From NCBI GenBank assembly GCA_044226015.1, contig JBGAHS010000004.1, positions 640,001-704,000 of the forward strand: DNA of 64,000 bases, given 5' to 3'. The DNA is from Candidatus Obscuribacteraceae bacterium. Its GTDB lineage: Bacteria > Cyanobacteriota > Vampirovibrionia > Obscuribacterales > Obscuribacteraceae. Within the stretch, counting starts at the first letter, position 1. Every line of letters begins with the position of its first letter. Below, piece after piece: positions 38,975-49,460 of this stretch. Both the position numbers and the translations under genes were made by a program. The notes under the pieces are model-generated. The model was not told the DNA's origin. It made no database searches and saw only the letters and a list, made by a program, of their open reading frames with translations.

Positions 38975-41530
38975 GTGTCAAACCTAGTTGAGGACTTTCT
39001 TCGTGCACTAACTCGGACCATGAATGGTGATCCGTTTCCGGCACCTCCTGCGAAATATCGACCGATAAGATATCGAGTAATTGCACTTCGCGATCCACTT
39101 CAAGATTGTTTGCTAGCAGGTAGATATCGAATTGCTTCTCGTCTTGGCAAAGGCGCGATGGCGATTGTTTACAAAGCAATTCAAGAGCCAATTGATCGCG
39201 TGGTTGCGATCAAGATTTTGAACCACAGTTTTATTAACGATCAATACGCTGTAAAAAGATTCAAACTCGAAGCCAAGACGCTAAGTGCATTAAGACACAA
39301 AAATATTTTAAGTGTTCACGACCTTGGCAACACTGAAGACGGACAGCCGTTTTTTGTGATGGAATTTCTTGACGGGATTTCGCTGGAGCGCTTGATCGAA
39401 AATCGTGGTCCCGTTCCTGTGGCTAGAGCTGTACCCATTTTTGCGCAGATATGTGATGGACTTTCGTATGCACACAATGAAGGAGTAATTCATAGAGATC
39501 TAAAACCTGCCAATGTAATGTTGGTAGCAGAAGAAAATCATGATGAGATCGTGAAACTTGTTGACTTTGGCATAGTTAAGGTCAGTCGCAAATCACAGTT
39601 ACTTTCGCAACAGCTCACGCGCCAGGGCGAGATTTGGGGAAGTCCAATCTACATGAGTCCTGAGCAATGCATGGGTACTTCAATTGATGCAAGGTCCGAC
39701 ATTTACTCGTTGGGACTTTTGATGTATGAAACATTGCTAGGAGTTCCTGCGGTTTCTGGTGGCAACATAGCTCAAATAGTGACTGCTCAGATGTCGAAGA
39801 TGCCGTGTTCCTTTAAAGAAGCTGTGCCAGCTCTGCGTATTCCTGAAGCTTTGGAGGAAATAGTTTTCAGAACTCTTGCGAAAAAGCCTGAAGAACGATT
39901 CCGAAGCATGGCTGAGGTGAAAGCTTCTTTAGAGGCTTTCGCGGGCCCTTACGGAATAAAGTTACGAAAGACGACGGGTGTCACTAGCCAGAGTAATCGT
40001 TCCTACTCTGGTGGCGCCGGCGGTGCTGGCAATGTGGCGTATTCAGCGTCAGTAAGAAATGAGGATTTCGGTGTTCCATCAGGGAGCCCCGCTGTCAACC
40101 AGCGTTCAGCGACTGCGGGAGAACAGCCTGTACATGGGACAGCGAACCAATCTGTACCTGATGGTCTATCGGGAGGAAATTTGAGCAGCTCGCGTCCTGG
40201 TGTAGCATCTTCAAATTCGCAGCTGGGCGCTCCTCAAGCAAGTCAACCGATACATGGAGGCGTAAATCAGGGGCATCAGCCAGGTGCTGGGCTTCCGGGA
40301 CAGCCGGGAGGCGTGAATCAGAGTCATCAACACGGACGCGTGAATCCTGGGCAGCGGGGTGGCGTGAATCCTGGGCAGCAGGGCGGTCTAGAGGCGGGAC
40401 AGCAACAAGGTGTTGCGCATCCAGGTTCTCCATCTCCACGCTCTGACGATAGCAATATACCTGGGACTGGACAATCCAGTATACGAACTGAATTGGCGGG
40501 CGCGTCGCAAAAGTCTGATACCGCATACAGTGGCGATCCGTTTGCGGGTACCCATGTTCAAGCTAATCCTAGATATACGTCGACCAATCACAAAATTGAA
40601 GCAGCCAAGCACAAGCATGAAATGGATTCCATGCTTGCAATTCTTGTCGGATTAGGTCTGGTAGTCCTTGGTGGGGCTGTAAGTATTCAGTTCTTTGCAG
40701 GCAACTCGAAAATTCCTTTTTTGAACCAAAAAACAACACAGAATAAATCTTCAACCAAGATAGATGGTAAAGGCAACCCGGGGCACAATTCGCAGAATCT
40801 GGATGTGAATGCAAACAAAAAAGATGCCCCTCTAGACAAAACTGCAGCGGGAGACAAAACCGCAGAGGGCGACAAAACCGCAGAGGGCGACAAAACCGCA
40901 GAGGGCGACAAAACCGCAGAGGGCGACAAAACCGCAGAGGACAGCCAGAACGACAAGAGTTTTAATGATGAAAAATCTACTAAAGTTGATTCATCTTCAT
41001 CTGACGCCATGGTGACTACGAAAAAGGATGCTGATGCCGGAGATTTTGCAGCGGATAACATTAATCTGCGAACAGGAGAAATCTTGAGCCCGAATAAAAA
41101 TCAGCAGGCGGTGGGTCAGGAAAATCGAATCCTAGAAGATCGGCTAAAGAAAGAAAGTGCGAAAGAAGCGCAAGAATCGAGGGCAGAAAAATCCAGAGAA
41201 ATTGCGCGATTACAGCGAGAAAAAGAAAAACTCGAAAGAGCAAAAGAAAAGCAGATAATGTTAGAACGAAATCACGAAAAGAATTCTGCAAAAAACAAAA
41301 AGGATGAGGGGTCCGAATTCACTGAGTTGAAATCAAGCGAGCATCATGGCGACTGGAAGAAGCAGATTAGCAATATGGTAGATGATGCAGGTAAGAAGCC
41401 TGTACATAAGCGCAAACAAAATGTTTCGGCTGACAGTGATGAAGCCTTTCTGGAAGGGATCCATCTCAAGCGCCATCATACCGACGCAACTCAACAATGG
41501 CTTGATGTCCAACAAAGAGAACGCGAGTAA
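38975..41530 (+). CDS. Hanks-type Ser/Thr protein kinase with long disordered linker, TM helix and charged external tail
   Basis: GKGAMA, VAIK, HRDLKPAN, DFG, YMSPEQC; TM segment LAILVGLGLVVLGGAVSIQFF; (GDKTAE)n repeat at 40835-40942. Confidence 0.92.
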   Translation: MSNLVEDFLRALTRTMNGDPFPAPPAKYRPIRYRVIALRDPLQDCLLAGRYRIASRLGKGAMAIVYKAIQEPIDRVVAIKILNHSFINDQYAVKRFKLEAKTLSALRHKNILSVHDLGNTEDGQPFFVMEFLDGISLERLIENRGPVPVARAVPIFAQICDGLSYAHNEGVIHRDLKPANVMLVAEENHDEIVKLVDFGIVKVSRKSQLLSQQLTRQGEIWGSPIYMSPEQCMGTSIDARSDIYSLGLLMYETLLGVPAVSGGNIAQIVTAQMSKMPCSFKEAVPALRIPEALEEIVFRTLAKKPEERFRSMAEVKASLEAFAGPYGIKLRKTTGVTSQSNRSYSGGAGGAGNVAYSASVRNEDFGVPSGSPAVNQRSATAGEQPVHGTANQSVPDGLSGGNLSSSRPGVASSNSQLGAPQASQPIHGGVNQGHQPGAGLPGQPGGVNQSHQHGRVNPGQRGGVNPGQQGGLEAGQQQGVAHPGSPSPRSDDSNIPGTGQSSIRTELAGASQKSDTAYSGDPFAGTHVQANPRYTSTNHKIEAAKHKHEMDSMLAILVGLGLVVLGGAVSIQFFAGNSKIPFLNQKTTQNKSSTKIDGKGNPGHNSQNLDVNANKKDAPLDKTAAGDKTAEGDKTAEGDKTAEGDKTAEGDKTAEDSQNDKSFNDEKSTKVDSSSSDAMVTTKKDADAGDFAADNINLRTGEILSPNKNQQAVGQENRILEDRLKKESAKEAQESRAEKSREIARLQREKEKLERAKEKQIMLERNHEKNSAKNKKDEGSEFTELKSSEHHGDWKKQISNMVDDAGKKPVHKRKQNVSADSDEAFLEGIHLKRHHTDATQQWLDVQQRERE

Positions 41531-41540
41531 TTTTGACAAT

Positions 41541-41625
41541 TAACGGAAACGGTACCGCTTGATAGACAATGGAAACGGTACCTCTTGAGTAGATAACGGA
41601 AACGGTACCGTTTGAGTTGCTAACC
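41541..41625. repeat. 3 degenerate 26-27 bp units of the CGGTACCG family
   Basis: GGAAACGGTACC with cores at 41550, 41576 and 41603, between convergent genes. Confidence 0.85.
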
Positions 41626-41689
41626 CAAAGATACCTCTTTAATTCTCTTCCAGCTGAAGCGGAACATTCGGCGCAACTGACCTATGAGT

Positions 41690-42997
41690 CTATTGCTCAG
41701 ACATTGCTTTCTTCCACTCACTCATCTGTTCGAGGATTTGCTCTCTGATAGCTTTCACTTTTGAAGTCTTTTTCATCAGCTTTTCTACTTGAGCAAAATC
41801 GTGATTTTCGAATGCTCTGGCACCCTCTTTCGAAAGCCGATCAAGTTCGCGTGTAATAGCTCTTCCTAAAAGATCTAGTGCGGAATTCAAGTCGGGTTCG
41901 TTCATGTTCTTTTGCGCATTTCCAATCTCAGCTGGAATAGATGAATCAGCCGAGCTTGAAGCACCCGAAGTCGACTCAGTCTCCGCCGAATTGGCTGCAA
42001 ATGCTGCACTAGCAGCACTTGCCGCGCTTGCAGCAGCTGCAGCGGCGGCTGTCGCCTTCGGGATTCGGTTTCTGCCTGTAGTTGATTGTTGCGCCCGACT
42101 CATTTGTTGGGCTGATTTAGGAGATTGGGTCGGGTTACTTTCAGGGCTTGCAGCAGCACTCTGTGGTGCCGAATTCAATGTCTGAATAGGCTTATCATCT
42201 TCGAAAATGCCGGTATGATTCTTCAAATAGTCACTGGAGTTGGGTTTTAGGTGAGCAAATTGATCTTCTCCCATCGGTTTAGGAGGAAGTCCTTGTTTTG
42301 ATGAGCCCAGTCCAAAAACATCCTCATCTGATGCATCTCCCTTTGAGACCTTAATCAAATGTCCAAAAATCTGCTTCGCGACGGTTGGAAGCTGCCCCAT
42401 CCCAAAAGAATTATTCGAGTCCATGCTCCATTTAAGTTCGCCATCCCAAACGGGAAAGAACTCGAAGAATCTAGTGTATGCGTTTACGTTATTTTCAAAA
42501 CCAATCAGGTGGTCCGAAGGAATTACATAACCCTCAATGTGACTCAGATTTCCGCGAATGACTAGTGTCCATGCGCGCATGGATAGTCTGCCTGTGTAAT
42601 GGAAGTGATCGCTTCCCTGCATTTTTGAAATGAGTTCAGGTGTAATTGATGCTCTGTCCGTTTCGATTCGCAATTTAGGATCACTTATCTGGCGGTTATA
42701 CTCAGCTTCGTATTGTTGAAACAGATCAAACAGGCGATCTACCCATTTTACTTGGGTTTGTGAAATCGATGGATGAGCAAACTGAGCAGGAAGTGGCGCG
42801 GGTGAACTTGTAGATCCTGCGGGCTTGCGCATTACCTCAACTGGTTCATCAGGAATTTCATCGTTTTCATCTTGAGTCAAATCACTCAACCATTTTGTGG
42901 TTTCTTTTCCTGTTCGCGGTTTGATATTGCCAAGAATCATTTCACTAAACTGACCCTTCTTTTTGTTGTTAGGGTCCCCACCAGATTGATTTGACAT
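41690..42997 (-). CDS. Hypothetical protein
   Basis: 435 aa; globular middle domain, Ala/Ser-rich linker and helical C-terminus; GAGG RBS upstream. Confidence 0.75.
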   Translation of the reverse strand: MSNQSGGDPNNKKKGQFSEMILGNIKPRTGKETTKWLSDLTQDENDEIPDEPVEVMRKPAGSTSSPAPLPAQFAHPSISQTQVKWVDRLFDLFQQYEAEYNRQISDPKLRIETDRASITPELISKMQGSDHFHYTGRLSMRAWTLVIRGNLSHIEGYVIPSDHLIGFENNVNAYTRFFEFFPVWDGELKWSMDSNNSFGMGQLPTVAKQIFGHLIKVSKGDASDEDVFGLGSSKQGLPPKPMGEDQFAHLKPNSSDYLKNHTGIFEDDKPIQTLNSAPQSAAASPESNPTQSPKSAQQMSRAQQSTTGRNRIPKATAAAAAAASAASAASAAFAANSAETESTSGASSSADSSIPAEIGNAQKNMNEPDLNSALDLLGRAITRELDRLSKEGARAFENHDFAQVEKLMKKTSKVKAIREQILEQMSEWKKAMSEQ

Positions 42998-43045
42998 TTG
43001 CTATTCGCCTCGATGTAGTACTAGTTTTTTACCATGCCGACCAGA

Positions 43046-46000
43046 TCACTTAACGTCCGCTGGCACAGTTCCAGCAACGCTTGTGGTTAAATTCTCTATT
43101 TTCATATATTTTGAAATTGCGGCATTTGCCTCTTTCAATGTGACTTTCTGCAGCGCTAAAGGATAGGTATCCATGAATTCTGGGCCCAAACCTAATGCAC
43201 CATATTTGGTGAGGGATTCTGCAAGATGTTTTGGGGTCCGCATTCGGTGCACAACATATTCGCCGGACATACGCTGCTTTTCCATGGACAATTCTTCGGC
43301 AGTCATGCCTTTTGAAACGAAGTCAGAGATAATTCCGCGAACAAGTTTCAGCGCCTTCGTTGTATTCTCGGGGTTCACCGTGAGCTCTACTTCCCATGGT
43401 GACCACGACTCTGCGTTTTCTGCAAACATTGAAGTGATTCCATAGGTCAATCCGTGTTTCTCTCTGACAGCAGCCAGTCTAGAAGCAATGGTGTCGTGCC
43501 CTAGTGCCGAATTCGCCAATTGTGCTGCGCAGAAATCCTTGCTCTTTATATTTACGTTGGCTGGAGCGGCCATGATTATGTTGACGCTCGATTTGTCAGG
43601 AATTTGACTTATTATCAGTTTGCCAGGTTTGGTTTCACACGCACATTTTGTAACAGACATACTAGCTTCGTCGCCTGCCGCCCAAGCTCCAAAGTATTTT
43701 TCAGCAAGGTTGAAGGCGTCTGTTTCGCTAATGTCTCCGACCACTGCCAGCACCAGGTTCTTTCCAACAAATTGTTTCTTGTGAAACTCGCGCAAGTCGT
43801 GTGTGGAAATATTTTTTAGTTCTTCTAATTGGCTGGAAAATGGTTTGTGATAATAAACACAATCAGCTGTGTACAAAGAGCCACTCAAGACATTGTCGGC
43901 CATTGCTCCTGTGTCGACAAGGGCGTCACGCAAACTAGCATCTCGTTGCTTGATTATTTTTTCCAACTCGTCCTTGTGCAGATTCGGATTGTACAAAGAA
44001 TCCGATAGAACTGAGAGGAGTTTTTCGAAATCCTCCGATACTACCTCGGAGTCAAATTCAGTCCAGAACGTTGATTCGTCAACTTCGAGTGTGATTCCCA
44101 TTGATTCAAGAATGTCTGCGAGTTGTTCTTTGCTGTAGGATTTCGAGCCTTTCGTCAGCATTTCGCCGAGCAACGAAGGCACCAGTCCCTTGTCTGCTTG
44201 CCTGAGGGAGTTCCCGCCTTTTAATTTGCCGGATATCGCTACTACGCCGGTTCCTCTAACGGGCATGTAGTAGATGCTGGCACCGTTTGCTAGAACTTTT
44301 ATTTTCGTCTTCGATGCAATCATACCTTTTGATGGACTCGCCGATGACACAGACGTTGTGACACTAGCTGTGGTGCTCGCCGCGATTTTTGTAGAAGCAT
44401 TAGACTCGGTTCCGACCGGCGCGATGCTTGTAGGAGCATTAGCCTCGGATCCGATCGACGCGATTTCTCTAGCATCTTTGAATTGGGATGCGCTTGTCGC
44501 GATTCTTGCAATACCTTTGATTTGGGATCCGCTCGCTGTATTCACCGAATCGGCTCCTGCACCAACAGATCTCTCCGCCGCACCAACAGATCTCTCCGCC
44601 GCACCAACAGATCTATCCGCAGCACCAACAACCGATCTCTCCGCCGCATCAGGAGGCTCTAAAACCGTAACAGAGGAAGTTTCGGTATAGGCAACAGGGC
44701 GGAGTCCATCAGTTGCTTTGGGCAATGCACCTTTTTTCTCCGCTTCCTCCTTATCCTTCGGCAAGTAAAAACCCACAGAGCGATTGGATGCTTTGAAATA
44801 TTTTTTTGCGACGCGCTGCACGTCTGCAGCCGTGACTGCCTTGATTTTTGGTTCCAGATTGAGCCACCACTGCCAATCGGCGACCGCCTCGGCATCCGCG
44901 ATCTGTTGGGCAAAATTCATAGGGTCGTCTGACATCAAACGCCCCTTCTTCCAGACTGCCTTCTTCGCCTTATCCAGATCGGCATCCGAAACAGGATTCT
45001 TCGCGAGATTTTCGATAGTGTCCTCTATCGACTTTTGAATTCTTTCCAGCTTCGTTCCATTGGTCGCTGATGCGTAAATCGTGAACAGTCCCGGGTCTTT
45101 CATTGAAAAATTGGCAGCATAAGCTTCAGACGCTAACCCACTATCAATTAGTGCCGTGTAAAGGCGGCTTGATTGTCTTCGATTATCACCCAAAAGTGAT
45201 GCTAGAACCTCCAGTGGGAATGTGTCAGGATCTTTCGCGTTAGGAATGTGGTAGCCAATCATCAACTTTGGTAATTCATCACCTCGCTGAACGATGAATT
45301 TTCGTTCGCCTTCTTGGGCTGGCTCTGTGGTGTAGACCTTAGGGAAAGGTTTTGGCGCCGCCGGAACCTTCGAGAAATATTTGTTGATCATCGTCAGCGC
45401 GTCGGCTGTTTTGAAGTCACCGATCACCAGCAGGGTTGCATTGTTTGGATAATAAAAGTCATGAAAGAACTGTCTCAATCGCTCGATTGGAACACCTTCA
45501 ACGTCTGAGCGCCAACCGATTACAGGATGGTGATAGGGATGCTCGCGAAAAGCAGTTGCGAAAAGTTGGTTGGTCAAAATTTCTTCAGCCTCATTCTCGC
45601 CACGCTCTAGCTCATTGCGCACAACAGTCATCTCTGATTGCCTGTCACTGCTGCGCAATAATGCATTCCGCATTCTGTCTGCCTCTACTTCCAGGCACAC
45701 TTCCAGATTTTTTGATGGAACCACTTCATAGTAATTCGTTCTGTCATAGCTGGTGGTTGCATTATTCAGCCCACCCATTGGCTTGAGCAAATCGTCTAAG
45801 CCAGTGCCTTTTAACGGGTCGTGTTTCGCTGTGCCTTTGAACATCATATGTTCTAGAAAGTGAGTGGACCCCGTGTATCCTACCGCCTCATTTCTTGAGC
45901 CCACCTTGTAGACAACCATAACTGTCACGACGGGCGAATTGTGTTTCTCTTGCAAAAGAACTTTAAGACCGTTGGAATTCAAGCGATACTCTTTGAGATT

Positions 46001-46153
46001 GCTGGCTTTGTCTTCTTTGACAAAGCTCAGCGTTGTTGCCGCTGCCTTGGCGCTCGCGGCACTCCACGCATTCGAGTTGCCAGACTGATATCCGACCATG
46101 AATGAAAAAGCTAGGAATGCAGTTATCGTCTTCCTGACAACGTGGCTCGCCAT
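43046..46153 (-). CDS. M16 (pitrilysin/insulinase family) zinc protease, two-half architecture, probably exported
   Basis: HFLEHMMFKGT inverted HxxEH motif, NATTSYDRTNY, VVRNELE, second half REKHGLTYG; ATG 46153 gives a signal-like N-terminus. Confidence 0.93.
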   Translation of the reverse strand: MASHVVRKTITAFLAFSFMVGYQSGNSNAWSAASAKAAATTLSFVKEDKASNLKEYRLNSNGLKVLLQEKHNSPVVTVMVVYKVGSRNEAVGYTGSTHFLEHMMFKGTAKHDPLKGTGLDDLLKPMGGLNNATTSYDRTNYYEVVPSKNLEVCLEVEADRMRNALLRSSDRQSEMTVVRNELERGENEAEEILTNQLFATAFREHPYHHPVIGWRSDVEGVPIERLRQFFHDFYYPNNATLLVIGDFKTADALTMINKYFSKVPAAPKPFPKVYTTEPAQEGERKFIVQRGDELPKLMIGYHIPNAKDPDTFPLEVLASLLGDNRRQSSRLYTALIDSGLASEAYAANFSMKDPGLFTIYASATNGTKLERIQKSIEDTIENLAKNPVSDADLDKAKKAVWKKGRLMSDDPMNFAQQIADAEAVADWQWWLNLEPKIKAVTAADVQRVAKKYFKASNRSVGFYLPKDKEEAEKKGALPKATDGLRPVAYTETSSVTVLEPPDAAERSVVGAADRSVGAAERSVGAAERSVGAGADSVNTASGSQIKGIARIATSASQFKDAREIASIGSEANAPTSIAPVGTESNASTKIAASTTASVTTSVSSASPSKGMIASKTKIKVLANGASIYYMPVRGTGVVAISGKLKGGNSLRQADKGLVPSLLGEMLTKGSKSYSKEQLADILESMGITLEVDESTFWTEFDSEVVSEDFEKLLSVLSDSLYNPNLHKDELEKIIKQRDASLRDALVDTGAMADNVLSGSLYTADCVYYHKPFSSQLEELKNISTHDLREFHKKQFVGKNLVLAVVGDISETDAFNLAEKYFGAWAAGDEASMSVTKCACETKPGKLIISQIPDKSSVNIIMAAPANVNIKSKDFCAAQLANSALGHDTIASRLAAVREKHGLTYGITSMFAENAESWSPWEVELTVNPENTTKALKLVRGIISDFVSKGMTAEELSMEKQRMSGEYVVHRMRTPKHLAESLTKYGALGLGPEFMDTYPLALQKVTLKEANAAISKYMKIENLTTSVAGTVPADVK

Positions 46154-46233
46154 GATTCGTCTCCAGCTAAGTGTCGCGTAGCTGCTGATCTTATCAATTT
46201 TCGTGGCTAATAAGTTGCCAGAAGCAAAAGCTG

Positions 46234-47997
46234 TTACTCTGTTTTTGAGCCAGGAATCGCTGGAGTCCAATTCGTGACACTGTCTTTCTTTTCTATGTTT
46301 GAAGTAAAGAAATGCCAGTCGTGTGAACCCTTGCGACCACTGTAAGGGTTCTGCTTCCCCATGCCAGCCGTACTGCTTATTGAACTGTTTCCTGAGCTGT
46401 TGGAATGTGAACTTTGTTTTGGTCGACTGTTGGATAAAACTGCTTTCTTGTCTTTCGATTCTTTCGCACTAAGCTGAAGTTTTTCTCTACCCAGACGCTT
46501 TCTTAATTCTCGAATCTTTGCGTCAAGCTCCGCTTCCGACAATTTTGTTGGATCTAGATTTTCAGTTTTTGGGACATCGCTTTTGTCAGTATCGGTCTGA
46601 CTCAGTTCTTTGTCTGGGGATTTTGAGCTGTCTGTGTTCTTAGCACCGTCGCTGCTCAGGCTATCTGTGTGGCTGTTTTTTGAAGTATCTTGGTCTTGCG
46701 TGTGATCGTTGCTTTGCGGATCACCCTTTTTTTGCACAGTCGAGCTTCCTGTTTGTTTCGTATCTTCTGTCGAGCCGCTGGAAGCCGTCCTGGAAGCTGT
46801 CGAGGGAGAATTCTCACAAGTGGACGGCTGATTGAACTTCGTCAGGAAGTATGTTGCGGTGCTTATGCCAATACCGAGCCCTAGAGCTGCTCCGACGGCA
46901 TATATTATTATTGCTTTGCGCGGTTTTGCACCAGATACGGTGCTCTTGCCGCTTGTGGAACCATGCCGATCATTGAACCCCATCGCAAGCGGCTTCATCT
47001 TTGCTGCAGCGTTTGTGGTCTTCTTGTTTTTTGCTTTAAGCTTCGGAAGCATAGCGTCCATCAACTCATCTTTGAGTTCTTGCATGGAGCTTTGTCGCTC
47101 TTCAGGATTCTTCGAAAGCGCCTTCATTACCACGAGTTCGAGCGACTCGGGTATCTCTAGATCGGGACGAATCTCAGCGAATGATTTGGGGATCTCATTC
47201 ATTTGACGTGCAATTGTCTCAGCAAAAACTGCACCAAGAAAAGGCACTTTTCCAGTCAAACATTCGTACATCAAAATTCCCAGAGCATAAATGTCAGAGC
47301 GGCTATCGAGCTGATGTCCAAGACACTGTTCAGGAGCCATGTATATTGGGCTTCCGAAAATCTCTCCTGAGTTGGTGAGCTTTTGTGATTCTTCAGCGGG
47401 GTCGAGAGCTTTAGCTAGGCCAAAGTCAACGACTTTGACAAAATCAGGATTACCATCGTAGTTAACGAGCATGACGTTGCTTGGTTTTAGATCCCTGTGG
47501 ATAATCCCTTTGGCGTGGGCGTTCCCTACACCGTCACAAATCTGAGCAAAAATATCTACTGCTCGATGTGGTTCAAGATGGTCCTGCTGATCAATCAATT
47601 GATCAAGACCAACTCCATCCAGATATTCAATAACAATGAAGGCTTCGCCTTCGGGTCCCTGTCCATAGTCTGTTAATTGAACTACGTTAGGATGATTGAT
47701 CTTTCCTGAGGCTTTTGCTTCACGCAAAAACCGCTTGCACATTTCAGGGTCATCAGCTACCTCAGGTAAAAGCATTTTGATGGCGACAGCTCTGTCTATT
47801 TCAATATGGCGAGCTTTATACACTGCTCCCATACCACCATGACCTAGTAATTTTTGAAGTTCGTACCGATTATCGAGGATCATTCCGATGCGCGCCATGT
47901 GCCCGGATATGCGCTTCGCTTCTCTTGTGTTGTGTACACGAACGGTATTATGGTCTCTATCAGTCATAGCAATCCTGTGCGATGCTGGTTTTGCCAC
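46234..47997 (-). CDS. Hanks-type Ser/Thr protein kinase with TM helix and Ser/Thr-rich tail
   Basis: GHGGMG, VAIK, HRDLKPSN, DFG, YMAPEQC; TM segment IIIYAVGAALGLGIGISTATYFL. Confidence 0.93.
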   Translation of the reverse strand: MAKPASHRIAMTDRDHNTVRVHNTREAKRISGHMARIGMILDNRYELQKLLGHGGMGAVYKARHIEIDRAVAIKMLLPEVADDPEMCKRFLREAKASGKINHPNVVQLTDYGQGPEGEAFIVIEYLDGVGLDQLIDQQDHLEPHRAVDIFAQICDGVGNAHAKGIIHRDLKPSNVMLVNYDGNPDFVKVVDFGLAKALDPAEESQKLTNSGEIFGSPIYMAPEQCLGHQLDSRSDIYALGILMYECLTGKVPFLGAVFAETIARQMNEIPKSFAEIRPDLEIPESLELVVMKALSKNPEERQSSMQELKDELMDAMLPKLKAKNKKTTNAAAKMKPLAMGFNDRHGSTSGKSTVSGAKPRKAIIIYAVGAALGLGIGISTATYFLTKFNQPSTCENSPSTASRTASSGSTEDTKQTGSSTVQKKGDPQSNDHTQDQDTSKNSHTDSLSSDGAKNTDSSKSPDKELSQTDTDKSDVPKTENLDPTKLSEAELDAKIRELRKRLGREKLQLSAKESKDKKAVLSNSRPKQSSHSNSSGNSSISSTAGMGKQNPYSGRKGSHDWHFFTSNIEKKDSVTNWTPAIPGSKTE

Positions 47998-48182
47998 CTG
48001 TAATCAAGCTCATTCTATATATACGAGGCTCTTGATAGCAAATTGCTTTGATTAATTGTACTCCTTTCTTTGTCTGGCTACTATTTCACCTTGATTGCAT
48101 CCTTTCCGGCTAGTCTTGAGTGTACGGCTGGTCTTGAGCCAGGCACTTTCCGGGTGGTCGCAGTGTCAGTGCGCCCGCACTG

Positions 48183-48477
48183 CGGAAACCTAAGCGGTAC
48201 CGGTTGAGTTAAAAGGTTTTTCTGCGCCAGCGCCAGCACGAAGATTTTCGCGGAAACCGAAGCGGTACCGGTTGAGTTAGAAGGTTTTTCTGCGCCAGTG
48301 TCAGCACTAAGATTTTCGCGGAAACCGAAGCGGTACCGCTTGAGTCAAAAGGTTTTTCTGCGCCAGCGCGGCGCGAAGATTTTCGCGGGAACTGAAGCGG
48401 TACCGGTTGAGTTAGAAGGTTTTTCTGCGGCAGCGCGGCGCGAAGATTTTCGCGGGAACTGAAGCGGTACCGGTTGA
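48183..48477. repeat. Tandem array of the 67-68 bp long unit of the CGGTACCG family (5 cores)
   Basis: Cores at 48195, 48263, 48331, 48398 and 48465; unit GAAGATTTTCGCGGAAACCGAAGCGGTACCGGTTGAGTTAGAAGGTTTTTCTGCGCCAG... Confidence 0.95.
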
Positions 48478-48490
48478 TTGGAACGCGTCC

Positions 48491-49345
48491 CTATTTCCTA
48501 GCCTTTCGCTCCGCCGGTACGAGGCTGGTCAAATACATAGTGAGGTCGGGAAAAAATCCCGACATTCGCTCAACAATAATTCCAGGAGCTGTAAGAACCA
48601 ATTCGTGGCTTCCTCCACGCTTCATTGCTTTTATTGTGTCGTCTGAGGCCTGTTCGGAGCTAATGCTCAACATGTTTTTCATCAACCAACCTTTGAGGTC
48701 ATTTCTCTCGGCTATTGCAGAAGGATCTTCTGCCGTGTTGTTTCTCTTGAAGAACTCTGTTCTAACCCAGCCTGGGCAAACCGTAATTGTGTCGAATTTG
48801 CCAGCAAACTCCGCCGCCATGCCCTCGGAGAATCCGGTCAGCGCAAACTTGCTGGAGGCATAGCAGATGCTGCCCGGAAACGATACTTTTCCAGCAACAC
48901 TCGCGATATTCACGATTTTGCCGAAGCCCTGGTCTAGAAAGTTCGGAAGCGCTTTGTATGTCAGATTCAACGCCGCGAAAAAATTCACTTCAAAGACGTA
49001 TCGCCAGTCGTCGAGGCTTAGTCCTGTCATCGGTCCAGACCGCGCAAGACCGGCATTATTGACCAAAGCATCAATGCCCCCAAATTCACCTTTGCACTGC
49101 TCGATCATCTCAGTGGCAACTGATTCGTCCGAAACGTCTCCAATCACACACCTGGCCTCACCACCTGCTTTTCTTACTTCTTCGGCAGCTTTCTGCAAAT
49201 CGTCTTCACCACGAGCATTCATGATGATTTTCGCCTTGTATTCTTTACTCAGCTGAACCGCCATCGCTTTGCCAATTCCAGTGGAAGCTCCGCTGATTAT
49301 GACTCTCATGCCGTTGTGCATCGCTGTTTGTGGCGTCGTGCCCAT
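48491..49345 (-). CDS. Short-chain dehydrogenase/reductase
   Basis: SGASTGIG, NNAG, and YASSK catalytic YxxxK. Confidence 0.93.
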   Translation of the reverse strand: MGTTPQTAMHNGMRVIISGASTGIGKAMAVQLSKEYKAKIIMNARGEDDLQKAAEEVRKAGGEARCVIGDVSDESVATEMIEQCKGEFGGIDALVNNAGLARSGPMTGLSLDDWRYVFEVNFFAALNLTYKALPNFLDQGFGKIVNIASVAGKVSFPGSICYASSKFALTGFSEGMAAEFAGKFDTITVCPGWVRTEFFKRNNTAEDPSAIAERNDLKGWLMKNMLSISSEQASDDTIKAMKRGGSHELVLTAPGIIVERMSGFFPDLTMYLTSLVPAERKARK

Positions 49346-49460
49346 ACTTTTTCCTCGTACTTGAACCCCGATAATCTACCAGAAAAAGTAATCGACTCCA
49401 CTTGTCTCGTTGGAAGTATTTGCGGGAGAGTAATATTGGACACCACTCTTAATTTTTGAA

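Noticed and set aside
46154..46270. Extended N-terminus of the M16 protease overlapping the kinase stop (similar over-long starts at 14802 and 35404)
   Set aside because: Downstream ATGs remove the overlaps and give signal-peptide or domain-consistent N-termini.
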